From positions 256,001-320,000 of the forward strand of contig OY970166.1 of assembly GCA_963706595.1 (NCBI GenBank): a stretch of DNA of 64,000 bases, read 5' to 3'. Below the pieces are notes generated by a model. That model ran no database searches and had not been told where the DNA came from. It saw only the letters and a list, made by a program, of their open reading frames with translations. This document shows positions 61,943-64,000 of this stretch, in pieces. Positions within the stretch are counted from its first letter, which is position 1. Each line of letters opens with the position of its first letter. This stretch comes from an uncultured cyanobacterium (GTDB taxonomy: Bacteria > Cyanobacteriota > Cyanobacteriia > Cyanobacteriales > Nostocaceae). Position numbers and translations under genes: made by a program.

Positions 61943-62345
61943 TTTGGCTCTTGTTCCTTATTTTTCAACAACTTTTATGCGGCGGCGGCTCATACTGAGT
62001 TGACATTAAAAATAGTTACTGAGACTAAGGGAGGATGAGGAAGATGAGGAGAATGGAGAAGATGAGGAAGATTTAGACTTCGGCGTAAGCGCAGTCGATA
62101 GCTTGCGTGATGTAACCATACTTTCCCTGATCTTCCCTTGCTCCCTCATATCCCCCGACTCAGACTGACTGGTGAAAGTCGAAACTTTTTTAGGGGCGCA
62201 CGCGGTTTTGGTTTTTATGGTTTTACCACTTCTAGACGTTCGGGTTTGTTGCTAGATTTGATGTCAAGTTCCTTTGACCACTAAATAACTCATAGCTAAT
62301 TGCCATTAGTCATCAGTAACCTAGAAAAAACAAACCTGAATTAAT

Positions 62346-63329
62346 TTAGGCATTCGATCCATTTGCTGGTGTACTGCTAACAGTTGCTGTTGAACCAACA
62401 GGGAAAGCGTTTATTTCACGGGTCATAGCCCAGTCACGCAGCGCTAGAACTGTAAAAGCGACTAAAGTACCCAGCAAAACTGCCCCGACAGTCTGGTGAG
62501 AAACTGTCAAAAGCTCGACTTGAAGATGTAACCGGAAGGTGGCAATTCCCAAAACTATTTGTAACAGCAATAACCCACCAGCCAGATTTGCCAGTCGCCG
62601 CAAAGTTGGATGCAGTGCTGGTGTCCGTCGGGAGATGAATACCACTGCCAAAGTAGCCACAGTTGGCGGTACTAAGCCAAAAATATGGCTATACATCACA
62701 TTACAAAGCTGAGAATCTCCAAAGCATTGGTGTAAAGCCCAACGAGACCCTACTAAAGCACCGAGTATACTTTGCAGGTAAACAAAAATCACGGCACTTA
62801 AACCCAACCAAGGTAACTTACCAACAGTACCAGTTCCTTGATAGGGTGTGAGGGCGATGCCGACAATCAGTAGGGTAGTGAAAAACAACAGCGCCGTTCC
62901 CAAATGGGCGGTAACAATATCAAACCGCAACAGTTGAGTGACGGTGAGTCCTCCCAAAATACCTTGGAAGACGATTAAAAACAGGGCAAATGTGGATGCC
63001 CAAGGTAGCCAAGTGGGTAAAAAACGCCGATGCCACCAGGATAAACCAGCTAAGGCGATCGCGCTTAAACCAATTAACCCGGCATCCAATCTGTGAAACC
63101 ACTCCAAGAAAACTTGAAGATTCATTTGCTTGGCTGGTACCAGTTCCCCGTAGCATAATGGCCAATCTGGGCAAGCCAGCCCAGCATTCATCACACGGGT
63201 GGCACTGCCTATGGCCATCAAAATCAAGGTGGCTATGCATATTTTCCACACCAAGCGACGAATTACTTCCTTGGGCTTTCGCTGCTCAGTTGCCGCTTCA
63301 TTTTGTTGTTCTAGGACAAATTCATTCAT
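62346..63329 (-). CDS. ctaA: Heme A synthase (COX15/CtaA)
   Basis: GLACPDWPLCYG, EWFHR, QGILGGLTV and further conserved His residues. Confidence 0.93.
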   Translation of the reverse strand: MNEFVLEQQNEAATEQRKPKEVIRRLVWKICIATLILMAIGSATRVMNAGLACPDWPLCYGELVPAKQMNLQVFLEWFHRLDAGLIGLSAIALAGLSWWHRRFLPTWLPWASTFALFLIVFQGILGGLTVTQLLRFDIVTAHLGTALLFFTTLLIVGIALTPYQGTGTVGKLPWLGLSAVIFVYLQSILGALVGSRWALHQCFGDSQLCNVMYSHIFGLVPPTVATLAVVFISRRTPALHPTLRRLANLAGGLLLLQIVLGIATFRLHLQVELLTVSHQTVGAVLLGTLVAFTVLALRDWAMTREINAFPVGSTATVSSTPANGSNA

Positions 63330-63733
63330 GAACAGTACCTTCCACCCGTTCTTAGTGGTAGCTCTCTTAAAATTTTCAATTTTTAGTAACGACCCATCTA
63401 CACCCTAACGTATGAGCCAGAGTTTAAAAGATTGGCTTGCACTTATACTTTGGATCACTCCAGCTACTTTTAGCCGGAGCTTTAGGTATTTTTTAAGTTA
63501 TCAGCAATTGATAAATGAGAATTAATTTTGCTAACCTCAAATTTTTGGCAATTATTCTCCGCATTTATGTTGACTTTTGGCAGTATCCAATAAATCTCTT
63601 GTACCCAAAATTAGTAAACTAGCTGGAAAAATTAATAAAATCTTAAAACCATGAGACTCCAGATTTTATTACCTGCACTACCTTAGTAAGTGAGTAGCAT
63701 AGAGATAACGTAGTAAATTCATTTAAGTAAACC

Positions 63734-64000
63734 GTGAAGATTCCAAGTTCCATCTGGACACTACTAATTGGTGTCGTACTAACGCTATTAAGCCTTTGGT
63801 ACGGTCAAAATCACGGTCTGTTACCAGTAGCCGCCACAGACGAAGCCGTTCTAGTGGATGGTCTGTTTAACACGATGATGATCGTTTCCACAGGTATATT
63901 CTTACTTGTCGAAGGTATTTTGATTTACTCTGCAATTAAATATCGTCGGCGAGCAGGTGATAACGACGATGGGCCAGCAATTGAGGGCAACGTACCTTTA
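63734..64000 (+). CDS. coxB: Cytochrome c oxidase subunit II, 5' part (runs off the window)
   Basis: GTG start; MKIPSSIWTLLIG...GQNHGLLPVAA...VDGLFN...DGPAIEGNVPL. Divergent from ctaA. Confidence 0.92.
   Translation, partial: MKIPSSIWTLLIGVVLTLLSLWYGQNHGLLPVAATDEAVLVDGLFNTMMIVSTGIFLLVEGILIYSAIKYRRRAGDNDDGPAIEGNVPL

Noticed and set aside
1..64000. Frequent GCGATCGC octamers
   Set aside because: This is HIP1, a well-known cyanobacterial genome feature, used here only as a taxonomic clue.

Overview
This window comes from the chromosome of a filamentous, probably heterocyst-forming cyanobacterium (Nostocales-like). The evidence is the abundant HIP1 octamer GCGATCGC, the heptameric STRR arrays, and genes such as psbX, ycf66, ccsA and cyAbrB. 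Most of it is core genome: a CPA2 antiporter, hfq, dapF, ychF, a PLP decarboxylase, hemC, glgA, wecB, a pilT paralog, tilS, ccsA, tRNA-Leu(GAG), accC, sdhB and the heme O/A synthases with coxB. It also carries a complete Hmp-type chemosensory motility locus (patA-like, cheY, cheW, MCP, cheA and divergent hmpF) and a putative stress-protein cluster at 9.8-16.2 kb. I found no CRISPR array, rRNA, phage gene or intact transposase, and I cannot claim a demonstrably new multi-gene system. The most unusual signals are: (i) layered tiny mobile elements, namely 24-nt elements with a covarying stem, GTAG-REP hairpins and cargo-carrying MITEs, some inserted in frame in genes or into each other; (ii) unannotated relics of an N-ATPase gamma subunit, a GT47/exostosin gene and a CHAT-protease/ATPase conflict-type locus; (iii) an 8 x 111-bp tandem repeat in the CheA linker; (iv) poorly characterised gene pairs (PilT plus a KaiB-domain protein, two half-propeller TolB-like lipoproteins, tandem KGK proteins). 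Several single-base frameshifts (pilT, hmpF, DUF3352 gene, GT47 gene) look like homopolymer or carry-forward sequencing errors and need read-level checking. All family assignments come from recognising motifs by eye, not from database searches.
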